A stretch of DNA of 64,000 bases. It comes from Myxococcales bacterium (GTDB taxonomy: Bacteria > Myxococcota > Myxococcia > Myxococcales > UBA5297). The translations under genes were made by a program, and so were the position numbers. Under the pieces are notes generated by a model. The model worked only from the letters and a program-made list of their open reading frames with translations. It made no database searches and had not been told where the DNA came from. The stretch is taken from NCBI GenBank assembly GCA_050942745.1, contig JBMNNX010000001.1:22938-86937 (forward strand), given 5' to 3'. How positions within the stretch are numbered: the first letter of the stretch is position 1; each line of letters begins with the position of its first letter. Shown here piece by piece: positions 56,198 to 64,000 of this stretch.

Positions 56198-59100
56198 CTA
56201 CAGATTGACCTCTCGATGCATCTCGCCGATCGGCCGAATCAGCACTTCGCGCGGCTTCGAGCCGTTCGCCGGCCCGACGATGCCCTCGCGCTCCATGCGC
56301 TCGATGATGCGCGCGGCGCGGTTGTAGCCGAGCCGCAGCTTGCGCTGGAGCATTGAGACCGAGACGGTGCGCATCTCGCTGACGATGGCGAGGCACTGGT
56401 CGTACATCTCGTCGGAGTGCTCCCCGCCGCCGGCGCCGCCCTCCTCCGACTCCTCGTCGCGCGGCTTGAGGATCGACTCGTCGTAGACCGGCTTGCCCTG
56501 CGCCTTGAGGTGCGAGACGACCTTGGTGATTTCCTGGTCGGAGACGAAGGCGCCGTGGACGCGCTCGAGGTGGGCCGAGGTCGGCGGCAGGATGAGCATG
56601 TCGCCCATGCCGAGCAGCGCCTCGGCGCCCACGCAGCCGAGGATGGTCATCGAGTCGGGCTTGCTGCGGAGCTGGAAGCTGACGCGCGAGGGGAAGTTGG
56701 CCTTGATGACGCCGGTGATGACGTCGGTCGAAGGCCGCTGCGTCGCGATCATCAGGTGGATGCCAGCCGCGCGCGCCATCTGCGCCAGGCGCGCCACGTA
56801 GGTCTCGACCTCGCGCGAGGCGACCATCATCAGGTCGGCCACCTCGTCGATGATGATCACGATGTACGGCAGCTTCTTCGGGCGGTCGGCCTGCGGCTGC
56901 TCCTCGGGAGGCGGCGCGGCTTCGCAGCTCTGCTGCGGCTCGCCGCTCGCCGCCGAGCGCTCGGCGGCGGCCGGCTCGCCCTCGGCCTGCGCGCAGACGA
57001 GCGGGCTCTCGGGCGCGTTGTCGGTGGGGGCGGGCACGCCGAGGGTCGGGCCGTCGCTCGAAGCCCGCGCGATGGCCTCCTCTTCCGATTCGCCCTCGGC
57101 GACGTCGATGATCCGCAGCTTGGCGGGGGCGGGCGGCTTGTCGGCCTTGGGCGCCGCGGGCGCGGGCGCCTCTGCCTGCATCCGCTCGACCCACTTGTTG
57201 TAGCCGCCGATGTTGCGCACGCCCGCATCGGCCAGGAGCTGGTAGCGCCGCTCCATCTCCTCGACCGCCCACCGCAGCGCCAGCGCGGCCTTGCGCGCGT
57301 CGGTGACCACCGGCAGCAGCAGGTGGGGAATCCCCTCGTAGATCGACAGCTCGGTCACCTTGGGGTCGACCATGATGAAGCGCACCTCTTCCGGCGTGGC
57401 CTTGAAGAGGATGCTCATGATCATCGCGTTGACGCTGACCGACTTGCCCGAGCCGGTGGTGCCGGCGATAAGCAGGTGGGGCATCTTCGCCAGGTCGGTC
57501 ACGTACGGCATGCCCTCGATGTTCTTGCCGATGGCCATCGCCAGCTTCGAGGGCGACTTGAGGAAGACCTCCTGCTCGACTATCTCGCGCAGGTAGACCG
57601 TCTCGCGCTGCTTGTTGGGCACCTCGATGCCCACGACGCCCTTGCCCGGAATCGGGGCGACGATGCGCACCTTGAGGGCCTCCATCGCCATCGCGAGGTC
57701 GTCGGCGAGCGAGGCGATCTTCGAGATCTTGATCCCGGGCGCCGGCTCGAACTCGTACATCGTGACCACGGGCCCGGGCCGGATCTCCTTGACCGTGCCG
57801 GCGATGCCGAACGAGGCGAGCTTCTCGCGCAGCCTGTCGGCGGTGGAGAAGAACGCTTCCTTGTCGATGACCTGGCGCTGGCTCTCGTGGTCCTCGAGCA
57901 GGTCGAGGGGCGGAAGGCTGAAGCTCGAAGCGCCCTCGAAGGCGAACGGATCCTTCTTCTCGTCCTTGGCCGGCCGGGCGCGCGCGGGCGCCTTGGGCTC
58001 CACGATGAGCGGCAGCACCGGGCCGACCGCGACCGCAGGCTCGGCCAGCGCGTCGTTCGGCACCGGCGGCGGCGGCACGGATACGCGCGCCGGCTGCGGG
58101 GGCACGCTCACGCGCGGCGCGGGCGGGACGCTGGTGCGCTGCGGCAGCGTCAGGACTGGCTTCTCCGCCGCGGGCTCCTTGACCGGCTGCGGCGCCGCTG
58201 GCGGCTCGGGGCTCGCCTCGACGGGCGGCGGCGGCGCCGAGAGCGCCCAAGCAGGATCGCCCAGAGGAGCTGCTCGGACGCGGCGGGCTGCCCGCGCCGC
58301 GGCCTCGGCCTCGAGCCGTTCGATCTTCGCCTGGGCTTCGCGCGAGATGCGCGCGGCCTCCTCGGCGATGGCGTCGGCCTCGCTCGCGATGAGCTCCTCC
58401 TCGCTCGGCTCGCGCTCTCCTTCCTCGCCGGCGTCGGGATTCCCCTCGGGCTCCTCTTCCCCACGCGCGAGCGCGTACATCCGCTCGCCCTCGAGCTCCT
58501 CGGCGTCGGCGAGCGCCTGGGCGAAGGCGGCCTCCTCTTCGGCCTTCTCCTGCAGCCGTTGGGCGCGGCGCAGCTTGTAGCTCGCTATCTGCTTGCGCCC
58601 CTCGGCGAGCCCCCGGCGCCAGGCGGCGATCGCGCCGTCGCGCGTCAAACGCCCGAACGCGACGCACAGGCGCGCGAAGGCCGAGTCCGTGGCGAGCACC
58701 AGGCCGGCGGCGGCGATGGCGAAGGTGACGAGCACCGAGCCGAAGGTCGAAAACAGCGCCCGCAGGCTCTCGCCGAGCGCCGCGCCGACGGCGCCGCCCG
58801 GCGGGTAGGACAAGACGCTCGTCGAACCGACGAGCAGGTGCGCGAGGACGGCGCCGGCGAGCGCCAAGATGAGGACGCCGGCGATCTGGCGGCCCCTGCG
58901 CTTGGTGCGCCCGCGGACGAAGAGCGCGACCGAGGTGTAGGCCATCGCGATGGGCACCAGGTAGGCGCACACGCCCAAGGCGCCGAAGAGCTTGAAGCTC
59001 AGCGAGTGGCCCACCGGGCCGACGAGGTTCGCCACGCGGGTCGCGGTGGCGTCCTCGCGGTGGAAGCTGAGCAACGCGGCGAGCGCGCCGACGGCGGCGA

Positions 59101-59263
59101 TGAAGAGGGCGAGCGCGACGATGTCGAGGGCGTAGTTGCTGCCCGAGGCCGGCGCCGCCGACGGGGCGCGGGCCGGCGCGGGAGCCCTGCCGGCGCGCGC
59201 GACTTCCTGACGGGCCAGCACCCGCTTGACCGGGCGGGCCGACTGCGTCTTCCGCTTCGCCAT
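56198..59263 (-). CDS. ftsK: DNA translocase FtsK
   Basis: Start re-set to ATG 59261-59263 (GGTGGAGAG upstream). Four N-terminal TM helices and a Pro/Ala-rich linker. PHLLIAGTTGSGKSV (Walker A), IVIIIDEVADLMM (Walker B), and a C-terminal gamma/winged-helix domain ...SVSMLQRKLRLGYNRAARIIERME. Confidence 0.92.
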   Translation of the reverse strand: MAKRKTQSARPVKRVLARQEVARAGRAPAPARAPSAAPASGSNYALDIVALALFIAAVGALAALLSFHREDATATRVANLVGPVGHSLSFKLFGALGVCAYLVPIAMAYTSVALFVRGRTKRRGRQIAGVLILALAGAVLAHLLVGSTSVLSYPPGGAVGAALGESLRALFSTFGSVLVTFAIAAAGLVLATDSAFARLCVAFGRLTRDGAIAAWRRGLAEGRKQIASYKLRRAQRLQEKAEEEAAFAQALADAEELEGERMYALARGEEEPEGNPDAGEEGEREPSEEELIASEADAIAEEAARISREAQAKIERLEAEAAARAARRVRAAPLGDPAWALSAPPPPVEASPEPPAAPQPVKEPAAEKPVLTLPQRTSVPPAPRVSVPPQPARVSVPPPPVPNDALAEPAVAVGPVLPLIVEPKAPARARPAKDEKKDPFAFEGASSFSLPPLDLLEDHESQRQVIDKEAFFSTADRLREKLASFGIAGTVKEIRPGPVVTMYEFEPAPGIKISKIASLADDLAMAMEALKVRIVAPIPGKGVVGIEVPNKQRETVYLREIVEQEVFLKSPSKLAMAIGKNIEGMPYVTDLAKMPHLLIAGTTGSGKSVSVNAMIMSILFKATPEEVRFIMVDPKVTELSIYEGIPHLLLPVVTDARKAALALRWAVEEMERRYQLLADAGVRNIGGYNKWVERMQAEAPAPAAPKADKPPAPAKLRIIDVAEGESEEEAIARASSDGPTLGVPAPTDNAPESPLVCAQAEGEPAAAERSAASGEPQQSCEAAPPPEEQPQADRPKKLPYIVIIIDEVADLMMVASREVETYVARLAQMARAAGIHLMIATQRPSTDVITGVIKANFPSRVSFQLRSKPDSMTILGCVGAEALLGMGDMLILPPTSAHLERVHGAFVSDQEITKVVSHLKAQGKPVYDESILKPRDEESEEGGAGGGEHSDEMYDQCLAIVSEMRTVSVSMLQRKLRLGYNRAARIIERMEREGIVGPANGSKPREVLIRPIGEMHREVNL

Positions 59264-59535
59264 GGCGCTCTCTCCACCCTTTCGACAACCGCCAGGCAGC
59301 GCGGGCTCTCGCCCCGAGGCGACAGGCGGGCCAGCCTGCCGCCGGCTGCTACAGGTTGACACAGGGAACCGCCGGCAAGTGTAGGGTGTAGGACCAAGCG
59401 GTCAATTTTCCGGCCGGGCTGCGGGCGGGCTCTCCGAGGGAAGCCCGATCGATCGTCGCCCGAGCGTCAGGGCTCTGCCGTCGACACCGGCAAGGCTGCT
59501 ACACTCGCGGGGCCTTGGTCCCCCGGAGGAGACAC

Positions 59536-60816
59536 ATGCGCACCCGGATCCTCTCCCTCGCTCTTATCGGGCTCATCGCCTGTGGCAAGGAGCCCGAGCC
59601 GCCGGTCGAGCAGCCGGACGCTGGCGAGCAGCCGCCTCCCGTCTGCCCAGACCGCAAGGGCATCATCTGTCCGTGGGCTGGAACCGGCGCGCAGGGCTTC
59701 GACAGTGACCTCAAGCCGATCCTCGAGTCGCAGCTCGACCAGCCGACCGATCTCGTCTTCACCGGGGACAACGTCGCCTACGTCGTCGACCGGGGAAACC
59801 ACCTGGTTCGCAAGGTGACCCCGGAAGGCACGTTCGTGTCCGTGATGGGCGCGGCCAGGCGGGCAGGCGACGGCGCTCACAACGAGGCGGATTCCTTCGC
59901 TCCGGGCGTGCCTGGAATCACCGTTGCGATCAACGAGCCGACCAACGCCGTCGTCATGCCCAACGGCTCGGTCGTCGTCGCGTGTTGGCGAAACCACAAG
60001 CTGCGCACGCTCACCCCGGCGACGGGCAAGGTCTACATCTCTGCTGGCTCGTTCCAGTGCGCGAGCTCGCCGGCCTGCAGCGACACGACCCCGCCCCGCA
60101 ACGGCGATGGCAAGTCGCCGCTCGATGCGCTCTTCGACTTCCCCAGCAAGCTCGCGGTCAACTCGCTCGGAGAGCTCTTCATCGTCGACCAGCGCGTGCA
60201 GCGCATCCGCCGCATCGACGCGCGAGGCTCCGAGATCGTGACCATGGCAGGCAGCGGCAAGACCGGTTATCTGGGCGACGACGGCCAGCCGACCAAGGCC
60301 TACTTCCACTTCGACAACTCCCAGACCCCGAAGCCGAGCGGCGGGCTGGCGTTCGACGACGCCGGCAACCTCTATGTCGCCGACTCGCTCAGCCACCGGA
60401 TCCGCAAGATCGAGTTCGTCGAGACGACGGGCCCGACCGGCGAGAAGCGCCTGGTCGCGACCAGGATCTCGCTGTTCGCGGGCCGGCCCGAGCTCGACGA
60501 CCTGGCGCCCGGCTACGAAGGCGACGGCGGGCCGGCCATCGGGGCGCGCTTGAACAACCCGACCGATCTCGAGATGGGCCCGGACAACAAGCTCTACTTC
60601 GCCGACACCGGCAACCACGTCATCCGCGCCATCGACCTTTCGCAGAAGACCATCGAGACGGTCGTCGGCACCGGCACCATGGGCGATTCGGGAGACTCCG
60701 GCGCAGCTTCGAGCGCCGAGCTGTCGCACCCGATGGGCATCGCCTTCGACAGCAAGGGCGTGCTCTATATCGCCGACACGGGCAACCACCGGATTCGCCG
60801 CGTGCCGCTGCCCTGA
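59536..60816 (+). CDS. NHL-repeat beta-propeller lipoprotein
   Basis: Start re-set to ATG 59536 (GGAGGAG at 59525-59531). Lipobox LIGLIAC. Repeated (V/A)D.GNH.(V/I)R(K/R)(V/I) motifs: VDRGNHLVRKV, ADSLSHRIRKI, ADTGNHVIRAI, ADTGNHRIRRV. Confidence 0.75.
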   Translation: MRTRILSLALIGLIACGKEPEPPVEQPDAGEQPPPVCPDRKGIICPWAGTGAQGFDSDLKPILESQLDQPTDLVFTGDNVAYVVDRGNHLVRKVTPEGTFVSVMGAARRAGDGAHNEADSFAPGVPGITVAINEPTNAVVMPNGSVVVACWRNHKLRTLTPATGKVYISAGSFQCASSPACSDTTPPRNGDGKSPLDALFDFPSKLAVNSLGELFIVDQRVQRIRRIDARGSEIVTMAGSGKTGYLGDDGQPTKAYFHFDNSQTPKPSGGLAFDDAGNLYVADSLSHRIRKIEFVETTGPTGEKRLVATRISLFAGRPELDDLAPGYEGDGGPAIGARLNNPTDLEMGPDNKLYFADTGNHVIRAIDLSQKTIETVVGTGTMGDSGDSGAASSAELSHPMGIAFDSKGVLYIADTGNHRIRRVPLP

Positions 60817-60837
60817 GGCAGGCGCGGCAGGACGAGC

Positions 60838-61815
60838 ATGAGCACACTTCACGACTGGCCCTCGCTGGCATGGGAGCCGCCCTCCGAACGCGCTGCCGAG
60901 TGGCTCCTCGACCGCACCATCGAGGTCGCCGCGCGAGCGCGGGCCTTCGAGGTCGGGCTCGAGCAGGCCGGCGAGGCCGGAGAGGTCGACCTCGCGCTCG
61001 TCGGCAGTGATCTGGACGCGTGGGACAAGTGGGCCGCTCGGGTGTTCGCGTACACGGCGATCGGCGAAGGGCTCGCGCTCCCTGCCGACACCGGCGCCTT
61101 CGCGCGGCGGCTCGAGGAGACCTACGGCCACTTGACCTGTGTCCGCGCTCGGCTGCTCGCCAGGCTGGGAGCCGAAGGGGCGGCGCGGGTGATCGAGCGC
61201 GAGGCGGCCGCGGAGATCGACCGCGCCCGCCTGCGCCAGCGAACGGATAAGGCGCCCGCCCTCGAGCTCATCGCGGGCGAGCAGGACCTCCAAGAGGTCG
61301 ACGCCCCGGTCGAAAGCCCGGTGAGGGCCGACGAGCTGCAGATGCGCAGCCAAGCCGAGCAGAGGCCTCTGCCCGACGGCGCGCGCCTGGGGGATCTTCT
61401 CGCGGCGCTCCCGTCCGACTGGCTGCGGGCGGTCTTCGAAAACCTCGAGCTGGCGCTCCCCGACGGCGCGCCGGCGCCAGCTTCGCGCTCCTCGGCTCGC
61501 CGGCAGGCTGTCGCCGAGCACCTCTTCGACGAACAGAACCTGAGCCTCATCGCCGAGAGCCTTGATCCCATCGAACGGGGGCTCGTGTCCGAGCTTCTCG
61601 CCGCGGACGGAAGCCTGCCCTACAAGCAGATCACCGAGACGTACGGGCTCGACGAAGCCGACGGGTTCTACTGGAGCGAGCGCCCTCCTTCCGGGCCGCT
61701 CGCGAGACTGCGCCGGCTGGGCCTCGTCTTCGTCGGCACGAGGAATGGCCAACTCACCGTGACCGTCGCCTGCGAGCTCCGGGTGGGCCTCCGAGAACTG
61801 CTCGCGGCGGAGTGA
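60838..61815 (+). CDS. uncharacterized cytoplasmic protein, paralog of 438..1421
   Basis: ATG 60838, 21 nt after the NHL gene stop. 325 aa and colinear with the 327-aa protein at 438..1421 (shared motifs listed there). Confidence 0.75.
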   Translation: MSTLHDWPSLAWEPPSERAAEWLLDRTIEVAARARAFEVGLEQAGEAGEVDLALVGSDLDAWDKWAARVFAYTAIGEGLALPADTGAFARRLEETYGHLTCVRARLLARLGAEGAARVIEREAAAEIDRARLRQRTDKAPALELIAGEQDLQEVDAPVESPVRADELQMRSQAEQRPLPDGARLGDLLAALPSDWLRAVFENLELALPDGAPAPASRSSARRQAVAEHLFDEQNLSLIAESLDPIERGLVSELLAADGSLPYKQITETYGLDEADGFYWSERPPSGPLARLRRLGLVFVGTRNGQLTVTVACELRVGLRELLAAE

Positions 61816-61909
61816 GCTCGCCGCGGGCGGACCGAAGCCGAGCCCTGTCGAAAAAGCGCCGCCCGCGCGGCTGCGCGGACGGCACCAAGGTCGCGTTCCT
61901 TTCGGCGGA

Positions 61910-62830
61910 TCAACGCACGTAGGTGAAGTGCCAGTACTCGCCAGACACGTTGTTGACGAAGCCGAACTTCGACGCGTTGGCGGCCAGCCAACGGTAGGCG
62001 CGCGTGTTGTAGCCGCCGACCCCTCCGATATCGACCGCGAGCCCCATCTGATGGTTGGAGTACCCGGGCTTCGCCGCGCGGGGCGAGCCGTAGCGCTGGT
62101 AGAGCGCCTGCTGCTGGGCGTAGGTTCGATAGCCGCTGGTGGTCGTCAGCCTGATGCCCGCCCGGCGCGCCGCGGCGAGCATGTCCTTGTAGGCCTGGGC
62201 GCAGCGAACGTTCAGGTATTGCCCCCCGCCGACCGGCGCGATGCGGATGCTGACGCGCTTGCCTCGGCTGTAGCCGGTAGCGGCGATCCCGCTTGAGCTG
62301 CTCGCGGAGGACGAGGAAGCGCTACTGACACCCGATGCGCCGAGCGCCGCCCAGGTCTTGGGCCCCACCACGCCGTCGACGGCCAGGCCGCGCGCGCGCT
62401 GGAAAGCCTTGACGGCCGCCAGGGTCTTGGGACCGAAGCTCCCGTCGACAGCGATGGAGTAGCCCTTGTTGCGCAGCAGCGTCTGCAGCGTCTTCACCGC
62501 CGAGCCCCGCGCCCCCGAGCGCAAGGTCGGCATGTTCTTGGCCGACGACGCGGACGAGGAGGAGGACGAAGCGCCCGAGCGCAGGGCGGCCCAGGTCTTG
62601 GGCCCCACCACGCCGTCGACGCTCAGCCCCGAAGCGCGCTGAAAGGCCTTGACGGCCTCCAGGGTTTTCGGACCGAAGCTCCCATCGACCGCGATGGAGT
62701 AGCCCTTGCTGCGCAGCAAGGTCTGCAGTGTCTTGACCGAAGTGCCGCGCGCCCCCAGGCGAAGGACGGGCGATCCGGATGATGACGACGAAACGCGCTG
62801 CGAGCTGCTCGATACGCCGGAAACGGGCAT
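61910..62830 (-). CDS. M15-family (VanY-like) peptidoglycan peptidase with two PG_binding_1-type domains, no signal peptide
   Basis: Start re-set to ATG 62828-62830 (AAGAGGGG upstream). Two copies of G.RG..VK.LQ.LL..KGY...VDG.FGP.T..AVKAFQ...GL.VDG.VG..TW.AL, separated by Ser-rich linkers. C-terminal YRTYAQQ...GYSNHQMGLAVDI...EYWHFTY (H..D..H zinc motif). Confidence 0.8.
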   Translation of the reverse strand: MPVSGVSSSSQRVSSSSSGSPVLRLGARGTSVKTLQTLLRSKGYSIAVDGSFGPKTLEAVKAFQRASGLSVDGVVGPKTWAALRSGASSSSSSASSAKNMPTLRSGARGSAVKTLQTLLRNKGYSIAVDGSFGPKTLAAVKAFQRARGLAVDGVVGPKTWAALGASGVSSASSSSASSSSGIAATGYSRGKRVSIRIAPVGGGQYLNVRCAQAYKDMLAAARRAGIRLTTTSGYRTYAQQQALYQRYGSPRAAKPGYSNHQMGLAVDIGGVGGYNTRAYRWLAANASKFGFVNNVSGEYWHFTYVR

Positions 62831-62952
62831 GTCGTACCCCTCTTGGTGTGCCCTTGGAGTATCGCCCGATCGGCGCAAAAGTTGCGCCGCCGGGCCCGAG
62901 CTCCCGCAGAGCCCGGGCACCTACATGTCCCACCCTGCGCCCGGCAGATGTG

Positions 62953-64000
62953 CTATGGGGACGCGAGCACGGCCGCACGAACCAGCAAGACGTCGTCGTG
63001 CACGCTACAGGTGCCGCCCTGTCCGTGCGTGACGCCATAGGCCAGGCGAGGCCGGCCGGCCGGGTCGAGCGAGAGCGCGACGTCCGCGCCAACGACGTTC
63101 CAGACGGAGATCGAGCACCCAGGCTTGAGGGGAACGGGGAGGCTTTCCTCGAGATCGCTGGTGCTCTCGACGAGCGTGCTGCGCCATCGGGCGCTGGATG
63201 ATTCGCACGACTGGTCGCAGCTCGCGAGCCCTAGGCCGTGGACAGACTGAGAGAAGTTGTCGATGCCTCCAGCGATCCGCGGTCGGTTGTTCGCATCGAA
63301 AGCGAGCGCAATCCCTTCCTCGGCAAACCGGTTGACAACGGGGACCCGCGCCGAGCTCCAGGCCGACGAGACCGTGCAGCCCGAATTGCACCACGCGTAG
63401 AAGGTCTTCTCGCTCTGCGCGGCTTCGCCGAGATCGCCCTCGTAGATCGCCATGCGCGGCCGACCGCTGCGGTCTGACCGCAGGTCGAACCGGCCGCCCC
63501 AGCCGAGCACGAAGAGCGCCCTGGCGCTCCAACTCGAGGCATTCAGACAGTTGCCATCGCACTCAGAATAGTAGATGTTGCCATCTCTATTAAAGGCGAC
63601 GCGCGGCTTGCCCGGGCCGGCGAAGTCCACCGCGATATCGTAACCCCGCACGTTCGACAGGTCGGCCTGCCGCCAGCTCGCCGCAACGGTGCAGTTCTGA
63701 GAGCAGGAAGCGAAGCGAGTCGAGCTCGGTCCTCGATGGACGATGACAAGGCTGCCATTCGGGTCGATGCCGAAGTAGCGGTCCCCCCACGGCCCGCCCT
63801 CGTTGGTCTGGAATACTTCGCCCGCCGTCCAGTTCCCCCGCCGAGAGCAGCCCGCCTCGCAACGCGCGAGCCAGTACGCGCCATTCGATCCGGTCCAGTG
63901 GTCGGAACCGAACCACGCGACGCGCGGCCTGCCCGCGGCGTCGAGCGCCAGGCTCGGGTAGGCTCCGTTGAGCCCCGCGACGCCGATGTCCGTTACGGTC
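62953..64000 (-). CDS. repeat protein (six or more ~45-aa units, propeller-like), 5' end outside the window
   Basis: I translated 63652-63999 by hand and the frame stays open to the window edge. Units have the form (L/F)..D..GRPR(V/I/L/M)A(W/F/Y)....(Y/F)..C...C.....W, for example LALDAAGRPRVAW..YWLARCEAGCS..NW and DFAGPGKPRVAF..IYYSECDGNCLNASSW. Confidence 0.65.
   Translation of the reverse strand, partial: TVTDIGVAGLNGAYPSLALDAAGRPRVAWFGSDHWTGSNGAYWLARCEAGCSRRGNWTAGEVFQTNEGGPWGDRYFGIDPNGSLVIVHRGPSSTRFASCSQNCTVAASWRQADLSNVRGYDIAVDFAGPGKPRVAFNRDGNIYYSECDGNCLNASSWSARALFVLGWGGRFDLRSDRSGRPRMAIYEGDLGEAAQSEKTFYAWCNSGCTVSSAWSSARVPVVNRFAEEGIALAFDANNRPRIAGGIDNFSQSVHGLGLASCDQSCESSSARWRSTLVESTSDLEESLPVPLKPGCSISVWNVVGADVALSLDPAGRPRLAYGVTHGQGGTCSVHDDVLLVRAAVLASP

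Overview
This is a high-GC chromosomal segment whose real genes have G/C-dominated third codon positions. It is almost certainly from a myxobacterium (Myxococcota). The evidence is a MYXO-CTERM-type sorting tail, dozens of 'Myxococcus cysteine-rich repeat'-type CG[DN]G...CDDGN...GDGCS..C units, a PEGA-domain protein, a Ser/Thr kinase fused to a STAND-like NTPase, and many lipobox lipoproteins.

I support about 45 protein genes. They include a split ABC-2 exporter with a GT39 glycosyltransferase and an ArsR regulator, and a vWA cluster. Two blocks of LPS inner-core/lipid A genes are present: hldA-hldC-GT2-GT4 with lpxK-lpxL, and waaA-GT9. A 13-kb kinase / PEGA / 2380-aa Cys-repeat lipoprotein operon lies between those blocks. 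Also present are hrcA-grpE-dnaK-dnaJ, a cell-envelope set (M23 peptidase, LpoA-like, LolA-like and SGNH proteins), and ftsK.

No tRNA, rRNA, CRISPR array, integrase or transposase was seen. Intergenic DNA is unusually rich in structured repeats:
- a 10 x 41-bp hairpin array bracketed by 243-bp direct repeats that contain a relic of the permease start
- two arrays of about 79-82-bp units that end in the same GC hairpin
- arrays with about 42-bp and 62-bp periods
- two families of 7-bp micro-repeats sitting at gene ends

The most system-like novelty is a pair of paralogous ~325-aa cytoplasmic proteins. Each is convergently paired with a different peptidoglycan hydrolase (CHAP, M15), one pair at each end of the window.

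All functional calls rest on motifs I recognise by eye. No database search or numerical computation was possible. The first 'M' in the ORF track is sometimes a GTG or TTG codon, so I re-derived starts from the DNA.
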